Source: Takakia lepidozioides (lineage: Eukaryota > Plantae > Bryophyta). Taken from it: DNA of 64,000 nt. Location: the NCBI GenBank assembly GCA_030704615.1, contig CM060732.1, positions 19,034,001-19,098,000 of the forward strand. Reading direction: 5' to 3'. The notes beneath the pieces were generated by a model. That model did not search any database. It was given only the letters and a program-made list of their open reading frames with translations, and was not told where the DNA came from. The translations under genes were made by a program, and so were the position numbers. Below, piece by piece: positions 48,605-63,286 of the stretch (position 1 is the first letter of the stretch; the number at the start of each line of letters is the position of its first letter).

Positions 48605-50110
48605 CTAAGCCGGGGAAGCATGCATTTCCTCCCCATCAACGCTTCTTCCGCTTTTGAGGTCGCCCTTCAAAAACTGCAACCGCCTCAGATGCGTTTCCAT
48701 TTCTGAGGCACGCACCCAAGATGCCTCCACATGATGATAGCCCTTCCATTTGACGAGATACTCCGTTTCTCGATTCTTGAACCTCCTCGACTTAAGTACT
48801 GCCTCCACCTCGTACTCAGGTTCATTTTCATGATCCAACAGCACAGGTGGCTGACACAACACTTGATGCCGATTCGGACGCGCTTCATCTTTGAAGTAAG
48901 GCTTCAAAAGGGAGACGTGGAATACTGGATGCACCTTGTTGTTTGCCGGCAGCTCCATTTATACACATCCTCATTCATAACCTTCCGGATGCGAAAGGGT
49001 CCCGCATACGGAGGTACGAACTTGGACTCACTCCGGAGGTAGTCGGAAATTTTTGATGTCAACCAGACCTCTTGCCTGCCTCAAACTTCACTTCCCCTCA
49101 CTTCCGATTCGCCTGCCTTTCATACGTTTCCTAGCTTTGGCAATGTTGTACTTTGCGAGCTTCAAAAACGCTCGCGTTCTTCCAGTACCGCCGTACTGCC
49201 GGTTCCTCAACGTCCTGGGCGGCCCAACTTGTCGGCACAGGTGTTTTTCCATAGACCAATACGAAAGAAGGGGAAACTCCCGTTGCGGAGTGTTCTGTGT
49301 TATTATAACAGAACACTGCCGCGTCTAAGTGTTCCACCCAGTCTGTTTGGTCTGCCGACACGTAATTCCGCAAGATCTGCTTCACTACGGAATTCACTCT
49401 TTCCGTTTGGCCGTCGGTCGTAGGTCGGAAGGCGGTGCTCATATTCAGCCTCGTCCCTATCTTCTTCCAAAGTGCCCTCCAAAATTACTCGTAACTTTGG
49501 ATCGCGGTCGAGAGAGACAAATCCTTCGGGACTCCATGATGCTTTAAGACGTGGGCGAAGTAAAGTCGCCATGTTTCCTGCGTCGTTGCCGTCCCTTGGT
49601 GGGATTGAAATGGCCCATTTTACTGAACCTATCCACCACCACCATGATTGCATCGAATCCTTTTGACTCCCAACCTGGCCGCCCGGCCAACTTGGAGCTC
49701 CGACTGCTCACCGGGGCATAACGGTTCCCCCCTTTGATCTCCCAAAGAACCCTCCATTGATTTGGAACCAGCGGAATTCCCTTTGGTAGTTGGCAGTCCG
49801 GAACAGCTCCCCACTCTTTGGTCGCTTTTCGGCTCGCTCGCTTACTCACTAGTTTTTGGTCACCAATGGGCTTGCACCGTCTTGGGGTTACTACTCCCTA
49901 TATATACTTCTGTAGTTGTCCGCGGGGGTTTTCACAAACAACCATGCCATTTATGGCGAACCACACGAACACCCTCGACTCCCGGTGATGAGTCGCGGTG
50001 AGTCTTGGCCCACCCACCACGGCCCCTATGGACCGTGATGAGTCCCAAGACTCCCACGACTCCCACCACGAGGTCTCCGCCCCAGGGTGAGTCCTATGCC
50101 ACCCCACTAA
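48605..50110 (-). pseudogene. Chromovirus-type Ty3 integrase with chromodomain, frameshifted
   Basis: FDAIMVVVDRFSKMGHF, STAFRPTTDGQTERVN, VHPVFHVSLLKPY, EYEVEAVL..R...EYLVKWKGY...EASW. Confidence 0.9.
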
Positions 50111-51399
50111 GTCCGCCTAAGCTACCACCACCCCTTGTGGAGCCACCCCACCGCAACCGGTGTGCGGGGCTCCACCTAGTGAGCGCCTCTGCCTCCTTGA
50201 GTGCTTGGGCACTCAGGGTGCTTCAGCCCCCCCATACCTATCGCTGCCACTGCCCCCACCACAGGGGCAGCCCCTCTTGTGTCCCGACCCCCTGCCCTCA
50301 AGGCAAAGGGCCGCGACATCCACTCTCTCCTCTCTCTCCCTTCTCTTCTCTCCTCGGCAGCCCCTTCATTGATGGTAAAAAGGGACCCTCGGAGTGGTCG
50401 AGGCCTCTTCTTCTTACCTTTGGTGTTCGGGTCCTTCATGAACACCACGTGCCCTCCGTCATTGTACCCCACACGGACTGCACCAATGTGGCCAAGAATG
50501 TTGCTGCCTCTTGAAGACGAATAAACCCCTAAAATTAAAAAAGAAACAAACAACAAAGAAAATCATGCATGCAAAGGAAAAGACAAAATGGAACAAGGTA
50601 AGACAGTTGTACCTTTGCAAGCTTGGCCGACTCGGCCCCGGTGTCACCCGATGTGGCAGGAGTCCCCGTTGCCAGAAGTCCCCGCGCAATCCCCTCCCGG
50701 AGCGCCGCTGGAAGTAAATTCCAGACCACCGGCCCGTACCTCCCCCCCCCCCCCCCAAATGCTCCGCAGGGTAGAAGCCCTCACCCGGCTTGACTAATCG
50801 AGGCGTTTCTTTATGTCGGCCAACTCTTGGCCCTCCTCGTCTCCTCCTCCCTCATCCTCAACACTTCCCGAGACCCTTCAACCTGACCTTGGGCCTTGGC
50901 AAGTGCGGCCTTTGTTGCGGAGGAAGGGGTCTCTATAGGGGTGACATCCAAAAGTTGCCAAAACGGGCTCCCGATTGGGTGATGCGCTTGCCAAGGTACA
51001 TTTCACCCGTCTTGGTGGCCGGGGGGTGTGCTCAACTGAGCGCCCCGCCCAACAACAACCTCCCGAATAGGAGAGGTGGCTGAGCCAGCCCCTAGCGAAT
51101 CCAAGATGGGGACAAGAGGGGGGGGTATTGGCCTGAGGGGGCAGATGAGCCCTCTGGCTGCGGCTCCCGACGGGGCTGGTAAACCGTGAGACGCCAGCCC
51201 GCGTCACACATGTCGGCATCGCAAACGGGTTCTCCGCCCCTTTCTTTGGGGCCGGGGACTTCTTCTCTTTCCCATAAAGCCTGGCACCTGTCATGCAAAC
51301 CAAAAGTTAGCCTTGCGAGGAGGAAACATCTCTACATTCCAGATCCCAAAAAAAAAAAAAAAAAAACATGTGGGGGGGTGAGAGCAGAAAGTGCTGCTC

Positions 51400-54300
51400 C
51401 TCTCAGTCACTCCCCTCTCCCCCCCCCCCCCACCTTCTTTTTCTTTTTTCTCCTCCTCTCGCTCTCTCTCTCTCTCTCCCTCTCTCCGTCTCTATCCCTC
51501 TCCCTCTCTCTCTCTGTCTTCTGTCACTCCCAAAAAAAAAAAAAACAGAGAGGGAGAGAGGGGGCAGAAGAGAGGGAAGATATTCATGTCATGTCAAGAC
51601 ATGGACAAGACCCACTAGGGTCATTGTCAATTAAAGACATAAACAACCCAAAACAGGGCACCATCTAACATTTCCATTCTTGTCATAGCTTCCCATGAAT
51701 TGACATCACCCAATCAGTCATGATAAAACAGGGTGGGAGAGTGGGGTTTGTTCATGTATGGGATGCAAGCATCTTGAACACCCGAGACGGCCATCTTGGC
51801 CAATGAATCATGTGTTCATGTGTGGGATAAGATAAGATATTGCTGCCCTGTGCAGGTTGCAAGCCTCTTGGTTCAGCCTGCACACATACCTCACCAGCAA
51901 GTCATGTATTGAAGGAGCATAAAAATGCTGAGGTCATGCAAAGGGCAAGGTACCATGGTCCAGCCTGCCCTATTACCATTTCAAGACACGTTTTCACACA
52001 TACATCTTGGATATGACCCACAGGTTGCAGCATCTCACCTTTTCAGCCATTAATTATGGCAGGTCATGCATCAGCCAAGGCATAAGGACCAGCCTGCAAT
52101 TGTCAGAATCACAATATGCCACCAAGCAGTCCTACTGGGCATGATGAAATAAATTCCATATCATTTGTATTCACCCCGAGACATGTGATGATACAAGGTG
52201 TCAAGGGAATGTGAACTCAGCCTGTCAAATTGCAGGTTCAAGACTTGTACATACAAGCAGCTTGAACAGCCGAGATCCTGCCTCTTTTGCATATAAAAAA
52301 CCAGATTGCAGGTCATAGGCCTGATGTCATGACAAAGCCAAAACCATAGGTAGGATCCCATTGCAGCTTACCATCCTCATCCTTCAAGAGTTCCATGCTA
52401 AAGCATACAAAGAACACCTCACTGTGATCCAGTACTCAACAAAAGCAGGCCCAAAAAGGAGCAGGTCGGTGCCTTATCAGGCTGCCGCCATACCCTTCAA
52501 GGCCCACCATGTCCATAGAGACCAAAACCGCCAAAAACATACCACCTAAAACCAGATCCTCTGGGCAAAAGAACTTATAACCTAGCTCAATAATCCACAG
52601 GCCCTGCTGTCAAAGATCAAGGGTAGGGTATGGTTTGTATGCAAGCCTCAGGAGACAGGCCAGTCAGGCCGAGCTGCGCATCGACGGCAGAACGACAAAG
52701 GCCAAAAACCAGGCTGTAGCATGCCAAACCAGGAGCAGTCGGGTTGAAATCGGGGCTGCAGGCAGTAGCCACCTCACAGCGCAAAAAACCCACAGGTCTT
52801 CTCAGCCCATATCCCAATTTGCATGCTCAAGAAGATTCAAAGTAGGTGAGGATCATCACCTGGTCCCATCACAAGCCCCCACAAAAACCAACAGGTTAGT
52901 AAGGATTGTGGAACCCCAGGTGAATCACAAACCCTCACACTTGTCATCGATGTCAACTAAGAAACTCAAAAGCAAGAGAAAGAGATAAGAACACGAGAAT
53001 CCCTAAACTCCAAAGGCACCTTAAAGCGATTGGGGAAGAGGGTTATGCGCCATCACCACCCGCAACAAGCCGCCTCCACAAAGAACATAAGCAATGAAGC
53101 AAAGCAGGCACAATCGCAAGGCACTAGAAAGGAGGGAGAGAACTTCCCATCATAAGCACCCTTGCTAAGCGCAAAAAAAGCCAGAGGAGGGAAGATGCCA
53201 CTGCATTCATAGCGGTGTTTCCCGCTGCAAGAGAGACAAGGCGCCGCCTTCGCGCCCCCCCAGGCGCTCGTCCAGCATAGGTACGACACCACAAACGGGG
53301 TAGCCACCGAAGCACGTCCGCCATAAAACTCTCTTCGCAAGCTCAGAAGAATGTCGCGTGCTTCTGACAACGGGAGAGACGACATAGGGTTGTCCCCCGA
53401 TTATTTCGTGGATGAAAAACAGTAGGATGCATCCGTATACCCTGACGGATTTCATCCGCAACAAGGTTAAAAATAGGTTTTGGGGTAGGGGTTAGGGTTT
53501 CCACCGTAATTAATCATAATTAGGGGTAGTAAAGATCAATTCCAGGCCATAATCACATCATCCATAGACAGATCACTTGTGTCAGGATGAAAAAGTAGGG
53601 AATATCATCCGTGGTAGCGCCTTACCTCCATCTAGGTAATTCTATCATTCCTCACCAAACCATCCGCGAGTTGACAATTCAATTGAATTGCCAATTCACA
53701 ATTCAATTGAATCGTGTGCCGACAATTCAATTGAATTGCAAATTAGGGTTAGTTCAATTGAATTGCCCTTGCAATTCAATTGAATTGCGGTATGGATAAA
53801 AAGAGTCAATAAAAGAGGAATGAAAAATTATCACCCTGATAGTTTTTCATCCGGTATGGATGGAAAAACAGGATGTTGTTGGCAACCTCCATAGAGGTAA
53901 TTTTTCTTCCATGGTGACTCATCCGGTATGGATGAGAGTCAATAAAGGAGGAATGAAAAGGCCAAACGAACCATCCTAGAGGTAATTCAATGTCCATCCT
54001 GGTGGCTCATCCGGTATGGATGAAAAAGCCTGATAGAGGATGAGAAAACAAGAAGTCAACACTGATAGCAAACTGCCAATTCCTAGTAGAGAGGGAGAGA
54101 GAAGGAGAGAGGGAGGGAGAGAGAGTGCAAGAAAAAAGAAAAAGCAAGTGGGGGGGGGACTGACTGAGCAGTAGCAGCTGCTCAGTCAGTCCCCCCACCT
54201 TCTTTTTCTTTTTATTTTTCCTCGTCTTGCCCTCTCTGTCCCTCTCCCTCCCTCTCTCTCTCTTTGTCTTTTGTCACTCCCCACAAAAAAAAAAAAACAG

Positions 54301-57130
54301 AGAGGGAGAGGGAGAGAGGGGAGAGAGAGGGAGAGGGACATAAGGAGAGAGGGAGGGAGAGAGAGTCCCGAGAGAGTGCAAGAAAAAGAAGGTGGGGGGG
54401 GACTGACTGAGCAGCAGCTTTGTCCCTCTCTCCCTCTCTGTCCCTCTCCCTCTCTCTCTCTGTCTTCTGTCACTCCCCACAAAATAAAACAAAGCAGAGA
54501 GGGACAAAGGGGGAAGAATAGAGGGAGGAAGAGAGGGGGCACAAGAGAGGGAAGATACTTTTTGTCATGTCAAGACAAAGACAGGACCCCTAGGGTCGTT
54601 GTCATGAATAAGAAGAATAATCAGACATATCAGCCACTTAACAGTGGCACCATCCATCAATCATCAAGCTTAGAAAATCCAGAATTACATCCATGCACAG
54701 TAATGTGTTCATGTCGGTAATATTCATAGTCCAAAGAGTATTTCACTGATGCTGATTGACCATCAGTCATGATCATGATACACATTCAGAGGTTTGGGTG
54801 GGATGGCGGGTACTTGGCCATATTTTGGCCTTGATGTGGTGCAGGTCAAATGGTCATACAGATTTACAATCCAGATTGACTGATGTCCGCAAGCTGTAAT
54901 CCAAGCATACTTACTCAAACCCCATGGGTGTCATGGAGGGTTTTTTTTGAAAAAAAAAGAAAATTTGGATGTCACAGATTTAAATACCTTGCCCTGCCAA
55001 TATCACAGCTTGCCCCCACAGGGGAGGGGGATATGTCTGTTCAATTTTCAAGGATACCCCTATACCATTATTTCTTGCTACAACTGAAAATCAAAGTTCA
55101 TGACACAACAAGGCAAAAATAAAGGACTGCATACACACCCTATGACAGTATTTGACACTGTCAGCACACCCTATTCACATCATTCCACATTTGACCACGT
55201 CGTTACACCATGTCCAGGGGGTATTTCCACTTAACCACCTGGTACTACTTAAAAAACCAGTCACCAAATATATTGCTGCCATATTTCAGTGTCAGCCGAA
55301 TGGCCACAAGCAGAATCTTCACCATACCCTGGCCTAAGCATCTAGCTAACAAAGCCATCCGAATTGGAACATAACAGGGGTATTTTACCATCAGGGGTAC
55401 CCGAGTAGTTGCAGCAAACAGTTCCTTGCAGCCTCTCCTTTTGTTTCCAACTACCATTAGGCAAGCAAAGCAAACTAGGGCCTGAAAAACAGATGTGTGT
55501 CTCACACAAGCCATCATAAACACGGCTGTCACAACAAAGCAAAGGTCTTCCACTGGTGGGCCGAAAATAGTCCACCTTAAACCACACTACACTTGTTCTC
55601 ATCGATAAAAAGAAAGAGGTAGGGATCAAGAAAAACCATAGATTAGTTTAGTTTTCAAACATTTTAAGATGAATCCATGGCCAGCAGCCCCTTCCACAGC
55701 TCTGCAATCCACTTGGCATCCAGCAGCACCTAGACATCAATATATTAAGTGGAAGCCCTCACCTATGTCCGTCCCAAAAACAAACACAACGCATTGTGAG
55801 TTAGTGAGGATGCACGAGGTGAATGGCAGGCTTCCACACTTGTTATCGAGGTCAAATACACTTGAATCTAAGCACAGAGAATGCCAAAGAAAGTAGGGAA
55901 GCAAGACAAACAGAAAAAGAGAACCTTTTTTTTACTGTTTGGGGGATGGTCGCCATCTCTCCACAAGCCCAACCGTGCAGGGAGGTCTCCGCCAACACCA
56001 CAGCACTGCTACCTTAACCAAAGCAAAGTCTTGCCAAGCACAAGAAAAAAAGAGCTTTGTCTCATAAGGTAGGGTTTATAAAGGGGGGGAGAGAGAGACT
56101 TCCTTGTTCTACCAAGACGCCGCCATTCATCAAAGATCCAGAGGAGGGCTCCTATGGAAACTTCACAAATAGGCAGGCGGTACCTCCGCCATCACTGCCT
56201 TTGTTCCCTTGTGCAGCAAAAAACCAGACAGACGAGACAGTGAATCTTCCCTCATCTCTAAGCCACCGCCATCGCCTTAAAGCGCCCTCAGAGATGGCGC
56301 TCACAAGAGCCTTAAACACTCCAGGGATTTGTAGTTCACGGTATCTGCAGCACGAGCACCATCGCCACCTCCAAGCCGCCATCGCGCGCACTCTCGCAGC
56401 GCAAAAAGAAAGACATTAGGGTTGCGCAGGGCTTTACCCTGTCCAACTCGTCATTCATCCTTTCTAGGATGAAAATACATCCACCAGCCCATACGCCCGA
56501 CGGACGCTGTCCATTTCTCATTCATGGAAGATGAAAGCATCGTGTGTTCATCCTCTGTCTTGATCCCGATGGATGCGGTCCGTTTTTCATCTAGGTTAGA
56601 TGAAAAACATCGGGGCTTTTTAATTCATTTATACCTGTCTTGAACCCGACGGATGTAGCTAATTTCTCATCCAGTGCGGATGACAAATTAGATACTACAT
56701 AACCATCCGTAGGTATTTAGGTCCCGCCAGATGAAGTCTTTTTTTCATCCAGGCTGGATGAAAAATGACGGGAGTTTTGCAATCAGTATATTCCGGGTTG
56801 ATATCCGGGTAGATTAGGATGAAAAAAAACCTCACAGGTATTAATGAAGAAATGTCTCACTAGGAAAAAAGGATGTATTCTGGATGAAAATCATCCAGAT
56901 TCCTTGCAACCCAATTTTTAATTTTTCAAAAATGGAAGTTGGGACAACAATTCCATAAACCCAGTTTCCAGAGGGAGAGAGAGGGAGAGGGAGATAGGGT
57001 GCATGAAAAAACAAAAAAGAAGGTTGGGGGGGGGGGGGGGAGTGACTGAGCAACAGAAGCCTCTGCCCATGTCCCTCTCTATCCCTCTGTTTTGTCACTC
57101 CCCACAAAAAGGAACAAAGGAGAGAGGGAG
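51400..57130. repeat. Two diverged tandem units of about 2.9 kb
   Basis: Shared landmarks: GA/CT-rich TCACTCCC block, TGTCATGTCAAGACA...CTAGGGTC (near 51587 and 54562), CATCC/GGATG clusters (53400-54030 and 56450-56900). Confidence 0.6.
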
Positions 57131-58177
57131 AGGGAGAGCGCCTACTTGTGTGGCGTCGGCACAACTGCCTGCGGCACATGTCCCCGCCGCCGTAAGGCCT
57201 CTCTCCCCCGCTTCACCGCACCTCTCTTTCTTTCTTGTGCTGCTGCTGCTCCCGCCTTTGCGCGGCTTTCCTACCACCCAGGGGACAGAGGTGTTAGCAC
57301 CCTCTTAGGGTTTGGAGAGGAAGAGTGGCCACGCGGAGACGCCCTAGCGCCGCTCCAACGCCGCTCCAACCCTGCTCCAATCCCGCTGGTAAGCTCCCGG
57401 CCCCATTCCATCTGTGGTACCGCCTCCCCATCCTCGAGGGAGACGGGTCGATGTTTCCTCACCATCGCATTCTAATTAACACACACAACCAACACTTTCA
57501 TATCTCAAAAACTCGGTGGCAAAAAAAAACCTATGTTCCTTTTCCACCCTACGACAGCAAGGGGTCGCTACGCCCCAACGCCGGGAGGCCATAGTGACCC
57601 TGCGAAATTCAAACTCCAGAACCCAGTATCAAAAAAATACTATAAAGAAAAAAGAAAATCCCAAAAAGACCAGTCCAACATTGCCCAAGGGCCTGCAAAA
57701 AAAAACAAATGCACGGAATTCATTCATGCGGCTGAACCCTTTCCGTAGTCCTGCCTTGAGAAGGCACGGCCCTAAAAAAAAAAAAAAAAAACTATGAACC
57801 CCAAAAGGCCCTAAACCCTAAACCCCAAAAAGTGACCCCCTGCTTGCCCAGCATACAAGGGGGAGCCTGGGCATGCGACGCCCTGTCATGCTTCATGCCA
57901 CTACCCAGCGTCGCATCATGCGACGGGTTTTTTGACCCTGCCGCCGGGGGGTCGCAGGCTGCGACGGGTTTTTTTGCCTTGCCACGCGGGGGGGTCGCAC
58001 GCTGTGACGACCGGGCGTGGCAAGATTCAATGTAAATTCAAAAAAAAAAGGCGGGGCGCCGACGTGCAACGGCCGGGCATAGCAGATCGGCGCCGCGCCC
58101 TTTTTTTTTCCAAGTTCTTGAAGCACCTGCTCTTCCAACCATGTTTCGTGGTGAGGAGCGACCCATTGCACCTGAGG

Positions 58178-59825
58178 ATGGTGTACACAATCGTAGAAGG
58201 GCCCGGGCCCAAATTTCAGGTGATGCGGAGGATGTTGACACTTCGGGATCCATTTGGGCGCGCCGCGGGTTGCCCCCTCGCGGACCACCCCGTGGTGACA
58301 GCCCTGCTAGTGCAGAGGCACAATGCCCACACACGTCCATCTTTGACCCCCCCCCCCCCCCCCCCCCCCGAGAGGATTGAGTGTTGGTGCACTAAGTGTT
58401 GGGCAATGATACCGCCGGGCGGCACCAGACCGCCGAGGCGGCGACCGCATATTGTCGAAGAGCATTACAAGAAGAACGTGATTGCGGATGCGGCAAAGGT
58501 GAGTCTTTTTCCACCCCCTCTCATTCATAGTACATTTGGTATATGTAATAATAAGTATGATTGTTATTCATACATGAAACCAAATTACGTCATAAGTATT
58601 GATGCATCGTATACTACGCATATTGCAGCCACGACTTGATGCCCAAGTTTGCAATCACATTGCACGGGAGGCATTTCGCGCTGGTCTGCTTACAGAATTT
58701 GTGCCGGAGCCTGTGCCCGATGTGACCAGTTGGTTCCCCCAGCACCACGTAGACGAGATGCATAGGGTGAAGGGGTACCGTAGGTGTCGCAAGCGTTATG
58801 GCCCGCGACGAGCAGACCCACCCCCCCCTCCGGTTTCCTCAGGCGGTCCCCCTGATCCAGTGTCCTCATCTGATGATTCTCCATGCCGTACATGCAGTAG
58901 CAGCTTGCAGGCCGATTGTGCCCCCCCCCCCCCCCCCCCCCCGTCTGTTTCTTTGCCTGATCCATCTCCGGTAGTGCCTGATCCGGACGTTGTACCCTCG
59001 GCTGTACCTCCGGCATTACATCCTCAACCACCTCCACTTTCATCTCCTCCGCCAGCAGTACCACCTCCACCTCCACCTCGACACGCATGTGCTCCCCGAA
59101 CCCCTAGGATGGGTCGGCTTCGCCCTAGGTTTCCTCCCCTTCGGCTTGGGCGGCCTGAGCCGGATCCTCGCCCCCGATGGGAAGCGCATAGGACTATGTT
59201 ACTGATGACCGTTCAACCTCGTTGTTGGGGGGATCATCTCGACCCTCCTACCCCCATCCGAGAGAATGTGGAGTTCGAGTATTGGGGTAGACGGTATGTT
59301 GTGAGAGCCACTACTGACCCTGCTATGGGTCGGGGCTTATTCACGGTCAATGATATTGTGGTTCCTCGTGGGAGCAACAACATGGTGGATTCGTTTCCCT
59401 ACTACGGTCCATACTACACCTCCGGGGAGTTCTGTACATTACGCCTCAAAGCCCCATATATCCTACCCTACATTTTGTGTGTCAATGGACATGATGTACG
59501 TAGATGGGGGCTGTCTCCCATTGAGATCAGATGTTGTGATGGTGACCCCGATATCTTTGGCAATGTTGCTGGGCTGGTCAACAGTTTTTTTGGTCATCCT
59601 AGGAAAACCAATGTAGTATGGGACGAGCGAAGCGATGGGCATGAGAGCTTTTGTGGTCATACGTCGGTATACTGTGAGGGGATGCACATGTTTGTGATGA
59701 CATGTGCTAGTAGGACTATTAGGGCTGGCAACGAGATATTTGCATCATACGAGTTCTCTCGGGATGATTGGACCTCCGATTACAGCGTGAGTGGGATGTG
59801 TATGATAGAAATAGGGTTTCCTTGA
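58178..59825 (+). CDS. Proline-rich, SET-domain-like protein (about 505 aa); exons 58178-58498 and 58629-59825
   Basis: MGRGLFTVNDI, PYYG, DG...GNVAGLVNS, ASRTIRAGNEIFASY match SET motif order; phase-0 GT-AG intron; N-terminal CWCTKC...H cluster. Confidence 0.72.
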
Positions 59826-60839
59826 GATAAGAATCGCGTAGAGGGGCATTGTAAATCATGATGTACTTTGTATACATCCGATTAATCGATTGATGTAAAT
59901 ATTTTTTCTTGTTGCTCGTGTAGGTTGCGACTTTGCATATGTGATCTGAACATACTTATGCACGTGTGGACCAAATATGAGCTTGAACCAAGCTCATTCA
60001 AGTGTTGAACGCAGCTACGTGTCGTAGAGATGGAAAATTGCATTTCGCCTGCACATGATTTTTTTTTAATTCCATTCTAAAGCCATATGCTTAATGACAA
60101 CATATGCAATGTGCGTGCAAAATTTGGAAGTAAACAAAAGTCATTTGGACCCAGAACCATATTTTCTTCTCTCATTTGCACTCCAAAGTTGAGTTATTTT
60201 CAACTTCATGCACTCTTCATAGAGGGTTCTGCAAAAGAGACCATAGATTTTTATTTTTATTTTTTATTATTATTTTTATTTCCTTTTTTTTTGTCCAATG
60301 TTTTGCATGGATGTAGTGGTGCAAACCCCAATGCCACATAACAAAATAGAGCCAAAAATAAAATCATTACGCCCCTCAAAACCGCAATCCTATATTTTCT
60401 AAATGCAAATATTTATTTTAAATTCTATTTAATTCAAAATTGGTTCAAGGGTGAGTGCGTCGTTGGGGAGGTTTTTTTTTTTGGATGAATCTTTGCACAG
60501 GTGTTGCATACATATTTAAACATATGTAGGAAAAAGTGAAGCTTGAACCACATCCGTTTGATGGGTGCAATGGCATGAGAGGATTTTCTTTCACATTAAT
60601 AAACAAAATTGTTTGATAGGGTGAGCGCGTCCTTGGGGGGGCAAATGATTTTTTTAGGTTTGAAACTTTGCATGCGTGACGTTGCGCACATACATGTAAT
60701 TACTGAATGACATATTTGATGCATGCACACATTGAAGGTTGTTGTTTGCATTTCGTTTATAATAAGTTGTATGGTTGCAAGGATACATTATAATATATGC
60801 CCGTATGTTCATTTGTTCATATTAGAACTTTGTCTCTTC

Positions 60840-63246
60840 CTTCCCGGTCCTTTCTCTTGGCACCTCGTCCGAAAACAACCCAAGTACATCAGGTGGGAGC
60901 CGTGGGCGAGACGCTTCCCCCACGGTACTGAACGATGATGACGATGACAATGACAGTGACAGTGACGGTGACAACAACAATGAGGATGGAATTAAACCAG
61001 GAGGATGTGCAAGCCATGGAGGATCTTTTAATGCATCATGTGGGCGCTGATGCATCTGATGGAGAGGAAACCCGGCCAATCGATGATCCGAATATGGCCT
61101 CCTCAAATGACATGGAGAGGGAGGCGAGAACTCCCTTGTACGAAGGGGAGAAAGTGAGTCGACTTTCAACAATCTTACTTTTGCTCAATCTTCAAATTCG
61201 ATTTGGCATAAGTAATGTTGGGATGTCTGTCGGAAAGAGGCGCGCGAAGTCTTGGACTCTGTGGGGATGGGCTATAAGATTTTTCATGCATGTCCATGTG
61301 ATAAAACCCTATACTACGGAGATGATTCGTGTCTGACCAAGTGTCCAAAGTGCAAGAAAGACCGATATCGAGATGATGTCTAAGGGAAAAAAGTACCACG
61401 CAAGGTATAAGCGCCATTCCCCCTCGCATGAAAATTATTTTCTTTAATCTTCTCAATGCATGTAAAGTGTATTCCACAAAGTTTAGGGTTTAGAGAGTAG
61501 TACTCATGCAAGATCTGATTGTGGCTTTGGAAGGAGTGAGTAATATTAGCGACGTTCGGTTTGATCATTATTTTCCTAATGAGGGAGAGGGTGCATAAAG
61601 GGAAAGACATAAGGGTGTTGTATTATGTGTGCTAATGGGATGATTACATGTGGGGGACGTGGGGTATTTCATCCTAGAAAATGCATTACTTTTCGATCAT
61701 CCCGCGATTGAAGGCACAGTACCGAAGCCCCACATTGGCTGTTCTGATGAGATGTCACGCCTCGCATCGGAGCCCCCCGGGAAAGGTGTGCGGGCCACAA
61801 GATTCACAAGCATGGAGACATACTGAAGAGATGTGGTCTTTTCTCTTGGAGCACCCACGACATGTCCACCCGGCTTCTCCTCGGATGGGGTCAACCCGTA
61901 CTCTGTCTAGTCATGTAGTCATTCCACTTGGCCGGTGACCATGGTGAACTACAACATCCCTCCATATCTTTCAATAAAAAAAAGCCATATCATGTTGGCT
62001 GCCATTGTACCAGGTGAGTGTTCCCATTTCATTCTTATTATTCCCTTGGACTTTACATTAATCTTCTGATCTCTCGCGCAATCAGATACAAGATTGATGA
62101 GTGGCATAATCATGGAATAAGACATGTAATCCATTATATAGTATAATTTGCATATTGGTGGAGCATTGAAACAATGATGTGAATGTCTCATAGGGAAAAA
62201 ACAAGTGGCAAACATGGACACGTACTTGCAACCTCTAGTTGATGAACTTAAGGAGCTATGGAGGGGGGTCCCGGCATTAGATGCTTCACTTGACCCTATG
62301 GCCGGACAATCTTTTCAGATGAGAGACATCTTGCTTTGGACAATGCATGATTATCTAGGTATATTATGTTCCCCATGAAGAATCCGCGTACATTCACTTG
62401 TCAAGGCCGGATAATATCGATGAGGATTGGGATTGATTGAAGTAGCGGCGATAGTCTTGTGCACCTTAGTTGAGTAGATGACATTATGGGCCATGCACAT
62501 GATAACTTTTTGTCTTTGCTAATGTGGCGGGATGTGTACAGGACTAACGGTTTGCTCGGGGCTAAGCACCAAAGGGTACCATGCATGCTTGCATTGTGGC
62601 GATGATCTTGATGCACATAGCTTCCGCCATCTTCACAAGATGGTGTATCCGAATTACCGCAAGTTTCTTCCTATGAGCCATCGATGGAGAAGAAGAGAAA
62701 AACACTTGTTTGATGGCAAAGAGGAAGTACCCCCCCCTGTGACAGTTTTGGGAGGACCGATGGAAGGAGGCCCATGCAGGCACGGTCGGTGAAGTGGACG
62801 TGCCCGGCATGAAGCGACTTTCAATCTTCTACGAGTTGCCATATTGGGTGGTACATATTCCACAAAAATACCATCAATATCCTTATGCATGCATGTGATA
62901 TTGCACATTTTGGAGAGCTCATATTCTGTCAGTTACCAACGCAATTCCATTAGTGACGAAGGTCAACGAAGGTGAATATGAACATTTCAATCTGCCCAAC
63001 GAATCTGCCCGGAAAAAAATAAATTTTAGAGTTTGAAATTGAATAAAAGATCACATTCCAAAAAGCGAAAAGTACCTTCTACAAGGACAGAAGAGCTACC
63101 TTCGTTCAACTTAGGTCCAACAAATATATATATTTTTCACCAGCATCATTGGACATTTCTGTAGCATACGATAATCCAAGCTAGAGATTAAAACGGCTAA
63201 AAAACATGCAGAATTCTTCCACATTAGAAGTACATATCTCATGTTG

Positions 63247-63286
<40 letters not shown>

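Noticed and set aside
47118-50315. Duplicate segments as an LTR pair
   Set aside because: The duplicated part is integrase coding sequence, indel-rich and next to a gap; local duplication or assembly error is more likely.
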